Shown here: one piece after another, positions 38,562 to 51,599 of the stretch | Layout of the letters: each line of letters opens with the position of its first letter | How positions within the stretch are numbered: position 1 is the stretch's first letter | Assembly (NCBI GenBank): GCA_002189035.1 | Contig: NEEC01000014.1 | Location: 3,038,001 to 3,102,000 of the forward strand | Direction: 5' to 3' | DNA length: 64,000 bases | Source of the DNA: Utricularia gibba | Taxonomy: Eukaryota; Plantae; Magnoliophyta | The notes under the pieces: generated by a model | The model's input: only the letters and a program-made list of their open reading frames with translations | The model's database searches: none | Told to the model about the DNA's origin: nothing | Translations under genes and position numbers: made by a program

Positions 38562-41500
38562 AATGCGACACGAAAGTGTAGTTTGGCTCAATTGAAAGGG
38601 AGTGAGATGAATTTCAGGTCACTAGTTTGAAGAAGGTCAACCATGTCAAGATCATCCATAGGTTTACCAATCTTAATTATTAGAAACTAGGCTGTAGTTG
38701 GAATGCGGTAGTTCATTTGCAATAATGTGAGGAGCTTGAGCAAAACGGAACAGCGATGAGATCTCATTAGTTAAGGATTCATTCCTCATATTATCGATTG
38801 TGTTTTGGAGATCAGTATTAGAATAAAAAATCTCATATCAAGACTTGAAAATAAAATAATTAAGTATATAATTAATTAAAAATCACTAATAATTGACTAA
38901 ATCTAATCTTTACTGGTGCAATCCTTATTTCTTATGTAGTTAGGTTTCATGTATGCTCATTTAACCAATCGAATCCTTAATCTCAACCATCAGTATGAGA
39001 TAGTGTGAAAGTAGCATGAAAGAGTTAATGAAGCTCCAAGAGGTGGACTAAGGTAGAGCTTGGCTCTCGGATCGTACTCACGGTCTCGAACACAAGACAC
39101 ATATAAAGGAATAACTCCTCTCCGATAGTAATTCGATTAATGCGCAATGTATGAAAGAGATAGATGTTCTTAAAAAATACTTAAATAGATGAATTGATTT
39201 CCGACGAGCTTTACAAAGGAGTCGATTCAAAAATTCTACTTAATTGTTGTTGGTTGTCCCTACGTTCATTCTCAGAGAAGGTTAAGTGCGCATTGTTACA
39301 AGAAAAAGAGAAGGTGTAAGCGGCTTTTTGATAAGATGCCTTATGTGACTTTAGTTATGGTTTGTTTTCCAAAGGCATGTTTAGTAGTAAGCTTTGAACT
39401 GAAAGATACTTTATATAGATACAATAGGTGGCCTTACATATTGGTTTAATTAAAGATGCAGTTATCATTCCACTACTCCTCAAATATTAATTTATACAAT
39501 TAACCTACCTCTCTTTTTTATTGAACCCGAGGCTATTTATTCAACAAATCTTAGATCTCAACAACTTGTTGTATCGAATGCCGCATTGTAATCGCCAAAT
39601 TAATATAAGGGAAAGGCAATATCATGCGAGGCTAAAGATCTGGTTTTATCTACAATTTTTCAGGACTATACAAATTTTTGTTACAATAACTGAACACCAT
39701 AACAATGGAAAGATGAATTATCCCTTTATAAATTCCTGTGGTGAATTTTTATTGTCAAAGATAACAACGGTGACAATTCATCAAACGAGAGGATTTACAA
39801 TAAATGTGAATATTTAATTTATGGATAAAGTTGTTTTCATATTAAATTAACATACAATTTTTCATAAATTCTCATACAAAACACTTATATGCTCAAATCT
39901 CTTTTACTCAAAAACCACTACTAAACGTCCCCTTGAAGTACTCAAAATGGGTGACCTCATTTAATAAAAAAAAAAAAGCGTTTTCCTACAAGAAAGATTT
40001 TTTTAATCCAAGACATCCTTAAAATTATGAGTTATTTCTCAAACGTAAAAATGAATATATTAATGGTATGGAGTCAAAGTCTACAAAATTCATTTAGAAT
40101 CTTTTTCAACCAATATGTTTTACTAAAAAAATATTTAAATATTAAATTTCTATAAATTTTCAGCTTAGTATTTTATATAAAATTTGATAAATTATTTCTA
40201 AAATATAATTATTAAACATATAAATAATTATCAAACTTGGTTTTTTTTTCAAATAATGAAATATAATTATACTATATTTTTAATCTAAATTAATTTTTTT
40301 AATTTTAAAAAAATATATTTATTTCAATAATACAACAACAAAATATAAAATGCATATTTTTTATACTTATTTATATAGATATATTATAAAATATATAATA
40401 GAATGTTTATTAAAAACTATTTATTTATGTTTAAATATAAGTTCAAAAATTAAAAAAATATTTGTTTATTTTTTTAAATTAAAAGATGATCAATTTTCTA
40501 ACAAAATTTACTCAATAACCAATTTCCTCAGATACAAGTGAAACAGTATCCATTTATCTAAAAAAACCCCAACACCAAGGGGGCTTTTGTACGAAAGTGC
40601 CCTCGTTCATAAGGTATTTGTAAGTATGTGTCAAGTGTGTGAAGTTTTTAGTTAGAGATTTGTTAGGCTTTTATTTTAAAGTATTTAAAGTGTGCCACAA
40701 TTAAAGTTTATAATTATGATTAACAAATACTCAAGGTGATAATACCTTCAATGAATAAAAATTGTCACAATGAATGTTTTCACATTGTAGAAGTAAAAGA
40801 AGGGAGGCGCACAAATAAAAAATGACAAAGTTACAAAATCCATTGATATCATACAATACAGATCAATTGGTAAATTATTTTTAAATAATATTCTTTATTT
40901 CATTATTATAATATAAAATTTCATTTTGCAATGAACTTTATATCAATGCAGGTGATATAGTTCTCCAATAATATGCCATAAGTAGATTGTTTAAATATTA
41001 GTTCGTTCAACCCAATGTGGGATTAGCGGCAATGAGGGTCATCACCATTTAATTTAGTGCATCCAAAAGACAAATGCTTTGAATGGAAAATGAATCGGTG
41101 ATTGAGGAAAGGCAATAGAAAATAAAAAGATAAATGAAAGCAAATTATTGGATAACAAGCACAGCTTTAATCACTTTCTTCAAAGCAAATTTCAAATATA
41201 ATGTCACTTGTCGATCTATGCAAAAAAAATAAGGCATCCACCAGCTAATTCTTTTGTTGAAAATGCGCAAAAAAATTCAGTTTTTGATACATTTGAAAGA
41301 TTATTCGGGTGAAATCATCAGTAATCAAATTATTTATTTACGAGTAATATTTATATTTTTTTTTTATAATTTTTTTAATATTTATTTATTTTCTGTTTTG
41401 TAATGATAAAATTATATTTTTAAAGTACAAATATTAATTTAAACTTGTATCATGTAAAATTATTTTATTAAAATATTTTTAAAATTATAGTTAAAGAAAG

Positions 41501-41949
41501 TTGTAAAAATAAATATTTTAGAATAAAATTATGACACACTCAGCTTATAGTATGAATAAAAAATTCACATAACCCTCACTATCTCTCATACACAGTACGT
41601 AAAAAAAAAAAAAGTACAAATGGTGGGTAGATTTCTCACACCCTAGAAATACAATGGGTATTTTTCAAAAAAACCCCACTTTCTACCTAACTCTAGGTGT
41701 GAGGGTGCCTGCAATCAGTTGCAAAACCTATTGTACTATAGTTTATCCTACATCGCTAGTCTGTCCTCATTTTTGGGACAAAAATTTGCAATAATCTTGA
41801 TAGTTTGTCCACATGATGGATGTAGCACAATTGATTAAAACCCAACGTACCTTTATCCTGCTATCTTTACTCCCAAACTATGTTGATAGCAATTTCTTAA
41901 ATAGCATCGCACTCATGCATGTGAGCAGCGTTGAGCATACATGTGGACC

Positions 41950-43451
41950 CGTGTATGAATCGTACTGTTCACGGTTCTGAACCGAAACCGTCGGTTCGGA
42001 ACCGAAAAAAATTAAAAAATAAAAAAAAATTAAAAAATTAGGAAAAAATTAAAAAATTAAAAAACTAAATAAATGTATATAATTTCAGACATCCATAAGA
42101 TGTAAGTGGGTGCTTGGAAAATCTTCTGAAACACCCCTTCCCAGACATGCTGACGATAGATGTGGGTGCCTGCAAAATGATCTCAGGCGCCCTCATGACA
42201 CTCTTACATGAGGCATGAGTAAATGTGGGTGGCCAGGGAATAGTCTCTGTCTTTCAGATGTTCTTCCCGAACACCCACAAGCTAATGTTGATGTCTGAAA
42301 AAATGTAATTTTATTGTATATGTTTTCAATTATTGATAATTTTATCACTTTAATAATTTATTTCATTTATTTATATATTATAAATTATAAAATTAGAATG
42401 AAATTAATAAATATAAAATGTATAACCTCAATAGAAAAATACTAAATTACTTAAATTTATTGAATAATTTCGATAGTTCTAATGAATAGTGATCCTTTAA
42501 ATTCATTTTGGAGGCATGCATAATGATTTCTAAGGGTGCCTCTAATGACTCGGCAGCGTGAGCCTCATAATTAGGGTTGTCGATCGAGGTCGTCCAGGTA
42601 CTCTGATCCATTATTCAGGGTGGCTGGGATCTTTTCTAGAGTCTGTACACTCTTAACGAAGGCAGCGTGCACTTTAGAATTAGGGTTGTGGTTAGACGTT
42701 GTCTAGGCACTCTGAAATATGTAATGTTAATTTTGAAATGCAATGTATTTAATCCTTCTAATATTTTGTTTCCAAAATATATGAAATAGATGATGTTTTA
42801 TTTTAATTTGAAAAATACACAATACTTATAAAAGATTATATAAAACAATTATATAAACATCTTCATTTTAAAAAAATAAATATATAAATAATAATTCCAT
42901 TCATTTTATATGATTTGTAATTTTGTTGTATTTGTTTTAAAAAATTTAATTTTATCAAATATATATTCAAATACTAATAATTTAATTATTTATTTCATTT
43001 ATTTAAGTCACAAATTATATTGATTTTAATTATATTTTATTGAGATAGTTTATCAAGTAATTTAAGTTATAGTTTTTTATAAATTAATATACTATATTAC
43101 ATAATATATCTAGTTAAATACAAAATTTAATATTATTAAATATATTGTTTGATAATATTTAAATATAAAAAAATAAAATTATTATAAATTTCACTGCCAA
43201 TCACCCACAATGATTCATATGGGTGCCTGGAAAACACCTATAAACAGTAACCGATCAGTTCCGATTATGGTTCGGTTCGCGAATCTCGGTTCCGGTTCCG
43301 GTTTCGGTTCGGTTCAAGGTTTCGTCCGTACGGTTCTGAATCGAAACCGAAACCGTTGTCTACAGTGAACCACGGTTTTGGAACCGACGGTTCGTTGGAA
43401 CCATTCGGTTCCGAACCGAAACCGTACGGTTTGGAACCGAACCCACCTCTA
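41950..43451. mobile_element. Non-autonomous hAT-like element with AACCG/CGGTT subterminal arrays
   Basis: Dense GAACCGAAACCG and CGGTTCGG repeats at about 41968-42005 and 43252-43445. The right end CCCACCTCTA is the reverse complement of a TAGAGGTGGG hAT-type TIR. The left TIR is not visible. Confidence 0.6.
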
Positions 43452-43509
43452 CATGGACCTAAATCTGATTTTCTCTACCCAATCTTCATCTTAAACACAT
43501 CTAATTTGA

Positions 43510-43860
43510 GATTACAGACCTAAACAGCTTGCTTTGGACCATAAAGACTCTTTTTAAGCCTGCACACCAAATGTTCATAACCTTGCTTCCAAATTCCCTT
43601 CTTTAAGTCACCTTGTAAGAATGCTATCTTCACATCCATTTGATGCAATTCTAAATTCATTTGAGCCACAAATACAAACACAACTTGGATTGTGGTTAAC
43701 TTTGCCATGGGAGAGAATGTCTTTATAGATAATTCCCTCTTGACAAAAACCCTTCATCACAATTCTGGCCTTGTACTATGTTGTGCCATTTGAGTTTTTC
43801 TTCACCTTGAAGATCCCCATGTTATCTAAAGATTTCCTACCAACAAGTATGAGGTGTCAT
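43510..43860 (-). pseudogene. Ty1/copia RT fragment
   Basis: AKLTTIQVVF..AQMNLELHQMDVKIAFLQGDL...LVCRLKKSLYGPKQA. Confidence 0.85.
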
Positions 43861-46539
43861 GACCCATGTCTAAGGCTCAAGAGACATGAATCAGGACTTG
43901 AGACCTTTTGAAACTTATAGCACATTATTGCAAGATTAGGTTTACACTAACATTATGCCTTTTTAAAAAAATATGTTACATTACCGTATAGCCCATACCT
44001 AAGGTACAACGCTTATCTCATGTTGCTCTGAGTGTGGAGAAACACTCCTCACTATTTTTTAAAGTTATTACCGTATAGCATATAGAACAAACAAGCTAAA
44101 ATGATTGCTACACTTATCTTCCAGAATCCATATTGACCACGTAATAAAGAGACATTACTCATCTGGAAAACAATCAAAGAGGCACCTGTTCTTTAAATAA
44201 AACATTTAGAGATGAGTTGCGAGAATATTAAGGATTCAAAACTCATTTTTTATGTAGAAAACAATAGGGTAAAACCATATTGCTGAAATTATACACTCTA
44301 CCCTATTGGATTTTTCAGAAACCATTAAAAACGTGCCTTACAAAGAAGAAGCTTAAGAAGCACACCCAAAGAACAATCCGTTTCAAGAAAACAAGGAATG
44401 AAAATCACATTAGTATATAAGTATGTTTGTTCCAAATAAATATAAAAAGATAGTTTGTTATTTCAAACAATAACACTCATGTCATTTATCTTATTCCCTT
44501 TACTTTAGAACACTCTTTTCTTACAAACTAAAACAAACAATGTATGCTTCCCCTTAATCTCTCATGTTGTATCCTTCACTTTGCTTCTTTTGTAACTTTG
44601 AATATTTAGCTATCCCCATGTCCTCTCACGACTAGTATTGATTGAGCTATATGAGTCACCATCACCTTATCCGAAAGTTGACATGTGCCTTCAATTTTAC
44701 CCACGTCTTCTCACCACCGATAGTATTTTTCACCACACCCCCTATTGATTGCTTTTAGTGTCAACAATGTTCAGGCTATTCTTGTATTTATTGTTGCTGG
44801 ACATGAAGCTAGATTACTTAGATAAACTGGTTAAGCTGTATATGCGAAATCTATAGTTTATCAAGTAGGCAAATGGCTTCATAGTTGGCTAGCATTATAT
44901 CTATTCCATCTAATTGAAAGCTACGTCTTGAAACTCAACTAAGTCATCTCTGCAAGTTGTGGAAATTCTGAGAGTATCTCACTTTCCAGTTTCCAAGTGG
45001 CTTTTTTCCTCATTATGATTGCTCCATTACTCTTTCACCACAGGTATGGTCTCGACTCTCAACCTCCTTTCCTACCTATCCAGTATTCTAACCGGCTCTT
45101 AGCAGTTCTAACATGAATGTTCTATTGCATCTTCACCATATGGTTTCAGACCAATTCAATCCACAAAGCTATCTCTAAAAACATTGTGCAAGAGGTTACA
45201 CACGGAAATGTTGTTCAATGAATCTCCTTCTTGCAAAGCAGTTCCATATAATATAAAACCTCCATGCAGAACAACTCAATACACTATTATATACTATCTA
45301 TAAAGCTATAGATAGTATCAATATTTTAAGTGTCTAAATTTCAGTTTGGAAGAAAAATTTGTATATATAATATGATATATGCATCTAAATTGAACTATTG
45401 ATAAATAAATAATAAAATATAATTTTATTTTATCAACTTGAAATCTTATATGGGTACATAAAATATCCAATTTAATAAAAGCACTCCACAGCATTATCCG
45501 CATAATTCGATGCAAAAGTTAATAAACCAAAATTTATGGCTTCTTATGTGTCAAAAATACCTATGGCTTCAAGTCATTCTAAAAAAATAGGATTCTACAA
45601 CATTTTTCATGAAAATAATGGTGAGAAGCACAAGATAAGACTGGAGTATCTTTCGATGTAGAGGAGAAGGTGAAGTGTAGCACAAGTTTTCAATTTAATA
45701 CAAAAAGGGAGTAGAAAGTGAATTTCAGGACCACATTCGCGATGTAATGTCAAAGGGTAGCAGAAAGTGGAAGACTTCCGAGGGTGCTAACTGGCTATGC
45801 AAGTAGCATGATTTTCACTAAGGGGAGCAGGGAGCCCATGAAGTGCTGGAGGTGATGGAGACTACTTTATTTAGATAAGAAAGAAACCAAAAAAAAAAAA
45901 AAACGAATTAATGGGTGGGGTGGAATACACTTTTTTTTGTCAATGACGGTTGATTTTGTTTCTTCAAGTTGATTACTCAGCTCTAGAGTAGTCATGTTTA
46001 AGTGCTGCTTAAATCTCTTATACATTTGAATGAAGTTGAGAATGTTAGCATTGACTTTACATATGTGGTTGATAGTTGTTATAAAAAAGACAAAGACAAA
46101 TACATCAATTTTGGTGATCTAGAAACCCAAAGGAAAAATTAGAAGCATTCAACACGATAAGTAAATTGGTTTCACTAAAATAAAATGAATTAATGTAGTA
46201 AGATGACCAATACATGAACATAGAACTAAGCATGTTGTTATAAACAAAGCTTGTGCAGAGACATTGAGACATAGTTTCCTCTCCAACTCCGAAAAGTGTC
46301 CCCCAAAAGGTATTCCCACAAACCTTACGTGCATATATGAAACCCTCAAGAATGAATCGTAGATACTTTTTAAATAGGTGTTTCTCTGAATCTTAAAGGT
46401 AGATTGATTATTAAATACTCAGATATAATATAGATATATTTAGATGTTATCATATATAAAAGATATATATATGTACCACCAGACATATATTATCAAATAT
46501 TTGTATATTGGGTACAAGAATCTTCTTTATTGTAGGCTT

Positions 46540-46880
46540 ATCATATCTACTTTAAGTCCCCATAAAGAATTCAACCATACTATCAAATTAGGAAGACCAA
46601 GAATAATCATTAAAAGGAATAAATGGAAAAAGTTCAATCTTATCAGATAGTCCCACAACCTTGTTCAATTCTTAGAACTCAAAAAGTTGGGTCGAATGAA
46701 TAATTGAATAGAGATCGGGCTTAATGGCTTTAATTAAAATAAAGAAAAAGCAACCAGCTTCTCATCTCAATTGGAAAATTTTCGTAATCCAATTAGAGGT
46801 TACAATTCGATTAGTACCTTATAGGGAAAAAGCTTCCCCCCTCACATGGTTCTACATTTTTGTATTGAATCCTATAGGCA
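46540..46880 (+). other. Probable NUPT: 5' part of the plastid trnK(UUU) group IIA intron
   Basis: Collinear matches, from recall, to trnK-intron motifs: AAAGAATTC..CCA.ACTAT, AAGACCA.GA.T.ATC..AAAGGAAT.AATGG, AGTTGGGTCGAATGAATAA, AAGAAAAAGCAAC.AGCTT, ATTAGT.CCT.ATA.GGGAAA and TGAATCCTA. Confidence 0.6.
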
Positions 46881-47807
46881 AGCCACGTTGTTTAGAAAAC
46901 TACTCATTCCCGACAAATCGGTTGTTTTCTTATATTAGAAACTTTCCCATCATTTGATTTTTTTAATATAAGTAATGTCATGTACACAAACTTTACATTT
47001 AAATATAATATCAAACCCAAATGTCAAAAATTCATTTATATAATATAACCCATCATTATTGAATTAAAATCATTTATATGATATGAAACCCAAATGTGGA
47101 GCTAGAAGCAATTTCCAATTTATAATTGACCTTGTGTGATTAGAGAAATGAGTTGTTTTAAGGGTTTTTAGAAAACAATATATAATATATCCTTATATTA
47201 TTGTAAAAATAAAATCAATATAATGTCATTTTATTTTTTTATTGAATTCATAAAAAATATATTAAATTCAATCAATATAGTTATGATTGATGGAAAATTG
47301 TAATGGACAAAAAAAATACTCTAGGAATGTAAAAAACAAAATAAATTATTTTCTTTTTTAAAAAAATATTTATCTAAATTTAATAAATACATAAAAGATA
47401 TTGGTAATGATTATATCATTATAGTTATTTGAAATTATACTGTAATTTGTATAAAAATCAGATGATGAATAAATTTCAAAATATATGGCAGGAGTGATAG
47501 ATTTCTAAACTATTTCCAAAGAATCGATAGTTTTCTAAATAACCTTATGTGAATCATTATACTAATAAATAAGTTTTTTTCTAAAATAAAATGAGGATTC
47601 TGGTTGAAGAGGAAAAGATTTTGAATTATCTTGATGTAGGATAATTTATATTTTAAAGACTGCGATTTAGCTACTATCGAACCACTTTAAACTATAAATC
47701 ATTCGATTAAGTTAAATTAGAATGGTTTCAAGATATAAAAAATGTATCATAATTCAACCACACTTCAAATACCATCAATGATACATTTTTAAATGATTGA
47801 TAGCGGT

Positions 47808-48200
47808 TCATTGGCTGAAACGACAAGTACAAGGACGCGAAGAATGCAAAAAATAGATGTTCAAGCAACACCTTAGACCTGGAGGGAAGCTACAATCATG
47901 GGGATTCCGGAACCGAAGTTTGATCATATCACAGTGGACCTCACAGTGGGAACCATGCTCATCAAGTGAATCTACGTAGATTGCTCGGAGTTTCACATCA
48001 CATTTTCGTGTAGTAGGCCAACATGAAAGCATCGACAAGCTCGATTGCATAGTGCGAAAAAACGGTTTTCATCGACATTTTGCCGGTTTTTGCCAAAAGC
48101 AATGAGATCCGAGTTGAAGGCCAAATGGAAAGAGTTCTTCCTTTTCTTTTAACCTGTTTTTCCTTGTTTGCTTTTTTCCTTGTTTGCTTTTTAACCTCAT
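47808..48200 (+). pseudogene. Degenerate Tekay/Del gypsy integrase fragment
   Basis: GIPEPKFDHITVDLTVG corresponds to IPEWKWEHITMDFVVG; paralogous to about 59295-59860 and 63690-63785. Confidence 0.7.
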
Positions 48201-48239
48201 TGAAAAATCTTATATTTTGATATTTACTTTGAATTATAA

Positions 48240-48990
48240 TCAAATTTATATCATTGATAAAATACTCTACTTGATCTATGTGCTATAAAAATTATAATCA
48301 GATCATAATGTGAGATTCTTCAAGTATATGTGTTCAAGTTAAAAATTCCCTAGCTAGAGTGTCTATAAAATGAGGATATCACAAATATAGATAAGTTGGC
48401 ACATATTGAGTTCCTCAAAAAATTTAGGCAATAGTTCTCACAATTAATGTAATGAGATTACTAGAACCTATGTGTGGGTGTCGATTAGAGAATCGATTCA
48501 ATGGATGAGAAGAGATGTGACTCCTTAAGATTGAAGATAGTTGATTGATCAATAAAGGATTAATCAATTATGTTAGCTATGAGATCTTATTTTAAGTAAT
48601 TGCATCAAAGCCTAACAAAAAGTCTTTGGCCCAGGGTAATGACACTTCAGATGTTTGAGTAGGTCATTGAATGTTAGTACTTAAATGCAATTATAATTTC
48701 AATAAATCAGAAAGACAGACACCCATGTTCTGGTATCGAATGAGATATAAGTATGATGAAGGTTGTTCATTGTATGGTAGTTGATCGTAGAAAGGCTCAA
48801 TCAATTCACTTGATTATTCTTACATTTTGGGGACATGATATGATGCTAGACATCACTCATGATTGATCTGTTAATTAAGATTTAATTACATTATCCAATA
48901 TCAATGGCTTGATTGAACAAGCCTATAGGGTCACCTATCGATATAAAATAGAATGACACAATTACATGAGATATCATTGGTAAGTGGATA
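48240..48990 (+). mobile_element. Angela-type LTR fragment
   Basis: Collinear with about 30280-31230 and 57975-58930, with an internal deletion. Confidence 0.85.
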
Positions 48991-49736
48991 AATTTCGCTA
49001 CTTTTTTGAAATGCGATGTCTTTGAGGGAAACCTTCTACTTGTTTTGAATAGTTGCTTCATTTGAAACCCTAGATGTGGTTTGCCAAATACTTGTTGTTT
49101 GGGGATCATATCAGGTGTTATCAGAGCTAATCTTTCTCTTGTTCATTTGTTTTCCATTAGTCTTTTATCTTCGATCCAAAAAAAAAAAAATTCGAAATCC
49201 TTCTTCTTTGAAGATCTAAAAGAAGCGTCCATCCCTTTTCTTAGCATTTCTGGTAAGAAATTTACTATGGATGATCTAACAAGCAACATTCCTACGTACA
49301 CTACTATCAGGAAGAGTTATGTGCATAGCAGCAGGTGTGAAACCATCAATAGATCTCATGGATGCCTTGTGTTTTTCTTGTTCCACATAAAGAAAGATTA
49401 AATAGGAATTATCCACCATAAGGCCATCCATCACAATGATCTGATTCTTGGTTGACTCATACCTATCATTTAGTCCATGCTAGATTTGTATTAGCTTAGT
49501 AGGACCAAAGAAATTGGCAATAAAAACATAAGCAGAACAATTATGGCATTTGATGTTTGGTGTAAAGGCCTCTAAATATTTCACTAAACATATTTGTCAA
49601 TAAACCACTATGTTTAGTGAAATATTTGGTAATGCAAAAACTGCCCAATCTTAAGTGCTAAATATCTGTTTGAATCTAATTAGACAAGCTGGGTTTAATA
49701 TTTCAAAATGATTATGCAAAGAAATCCATAGATCAT

Positions 49737-50450
49737 GTGACGTTATGGTATGAAATCTCTAGTACTACAATTAGGCATAATACCTCTCTAATAGTCATTG
49801 TTATGTATGAAATCAATAAGGGATGGGGTCCACATCCGTCTGGAGTTTACTTTTTTTTGCAACCATTAGGAAAAGCCACATGGAACCCTTAGGTTAGAGG
49901 GGATGCTAACTCATGTACCTGTATTACTACTTATTGTTTAAGGAAAACCCTAAGAACGAGAGTTCTAGAGGGAAGGAATTAGAGGATATAGCAGAAGAGA
50001 AAAGGATTTCAGGGGCTTTGCTATAAGGAATGGGTGTTTTGCTAGGAATAAAGTAAGTGGGATGAATGCTACTGACTCTTAATAGAAACATAACTCTGGA
50101 ACAAAATGTGGCTATGTGCTTATGTACTCTCTTTTTATTTTTGAAGGGTGTTCTTCCTACTTTGTAAACCCATCTCTCTTCTCTTGTTCTTCATTGTTAT
50201 GAAAAGTCCAATAGAGCATGCTCTTTTGAAATCATTCTTCCTTGTAAAGAGTGGTGTTCGAAAATTCTTTTAGAGTCCCTGAAATCGTCCCTTAAACCTT
50301 TGAGGATAGGGTACCCTTGTTGTTCGTTTTCCAAACATAGTTTCCCCTTTTGAAGTATATGAAATACTCAATGTTCTTTGTCAATGTTCTAAGTGAACAT
50401 GTATTAGAAAATGGTGATGGGTGTGTTGGGATTTGATACGACTTTTCAAA
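49737..50450 (+). mobile_element. Tekay-like LTR 5' fragment
   Basis: Begins TGTGACG and aligns with 61043-61750 (ACCTCTCTAAT..GTTATGTATGAAATCAATAAGGGATGGGG; AAAAGTCCA..TTTAGAGTCCCT). Confidence 0.65.
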
Positions 50451-50849
50451 CAAAAAATATTTGGCAAACCATATCTTGGATTTCAAATGAACCAATCCTT
50501 CAAGAAAAGAAGAGGTTGGCTTTTGTAGTAGTTTTTGTAGATTACTTTGATTATAATGACTTTTGAGAGCAATTCTCCTTTTTGAATTCTTGTAGAACTT
50601 TAGATTTAGCAAGTTTAACTTATGATGTCTAGTGTGGTTCATCATTCTCATCTTCTTTCTTATTATGTGAGTTTGGCACCATTTTCATAGTTTGGATTGC
50701 AAGGATTTTCATTCTTTTAGAGGAAACTTCTTCTTTTCTTGAAGGATTGATTATTTTCAACCCAAGATTTGGTTTTCCTAATACTTGTTGTTTGGAGGCT
50801 CATATCAAGATGGAGAGCATGAAACATTGGAGGAAGCTACCTATAAATG

Positions 50850-51300
50850 GAAATTTTGGGAGAGAACAAGACTCATAATTTTTTGGAATTACCCACTACT
50901 ATTAAACATCTCGAAAATGAGTGGATATACAAATTCAAGACTAATCTTGATGGTTCTCAGAAGTCAGATGTCAAAACCAATATACTCGTAAAAGGTTATA
51001 GCAAGAAGGCTAGAATGGATTATCATGAGATTTGTGCTCCTGTGGTAAGGGTCTCAATCATACACATCATCTTGGCATTAATTTCTTTTTAGATTTGGAA
51101 TGAGATGAACTAGCTTCCAAAACTGCATTTTTACATGAGACATGTAGGATGATCTAGACATGGGACAAATTGGAAGGTATGAAGTGGAAGGACGACAAGG
51201 ATAGGTGTGTAAACTGAATAAAAGTTTATTTAGGCTCAAAGAAGCCCTCGTCAATGGAATTCCAAGTTTCACAATTTTGTAAATATGGATTTGAGTATGA
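50850..51300 (+). pseudogene. Ty1/copia RT fragment
   Basis: EWIYKFKTNLDGSQ..KTNILVKGYSKKARMDYHEICAPVV and a later CKLNKSL.LK motif. Confidence 0.75.
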
Positions 51301-51599
51301 TAATCTTGAATTTCTGATTCTTATCCTTTATGTGGTGATATTCTTGTTGCAAGAAAAAAGGGGTTTGGGCCCTACATCTATGAAGCTTAGGATCAAAATA
51401 GATAGAGGCCAATCTAAGAGGAGTCTAACAATTATACAACCATGGTACATATGATATTGAAGAAATGCACTATGATCGATGCCAAGATTGTTCATCATAG
51501 CCTTTGAATTTGGAGTTAACGTCAGCAGTGTGTCTTTCCAATATAGAGGGATAGCTTGAATGTCACAAGGTCTTTTGTCTTTTGGAGTGGTTGTGATGT

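Noticed and set aside
43240-43445. CRISPR-like or satellite array
   Set aside because: The short AACCG/CGGTT motifs have no regular spacers and fit hAT subterminal repeats in plant DNA.
40090-47800. Numerous 60-100 aa ORFs in AT-rich stretches (also elsewhere in the window)
   Set aside because: They have low-complexity composition, no homology I can recognise, or are antisense/alternative frames of TE relics.
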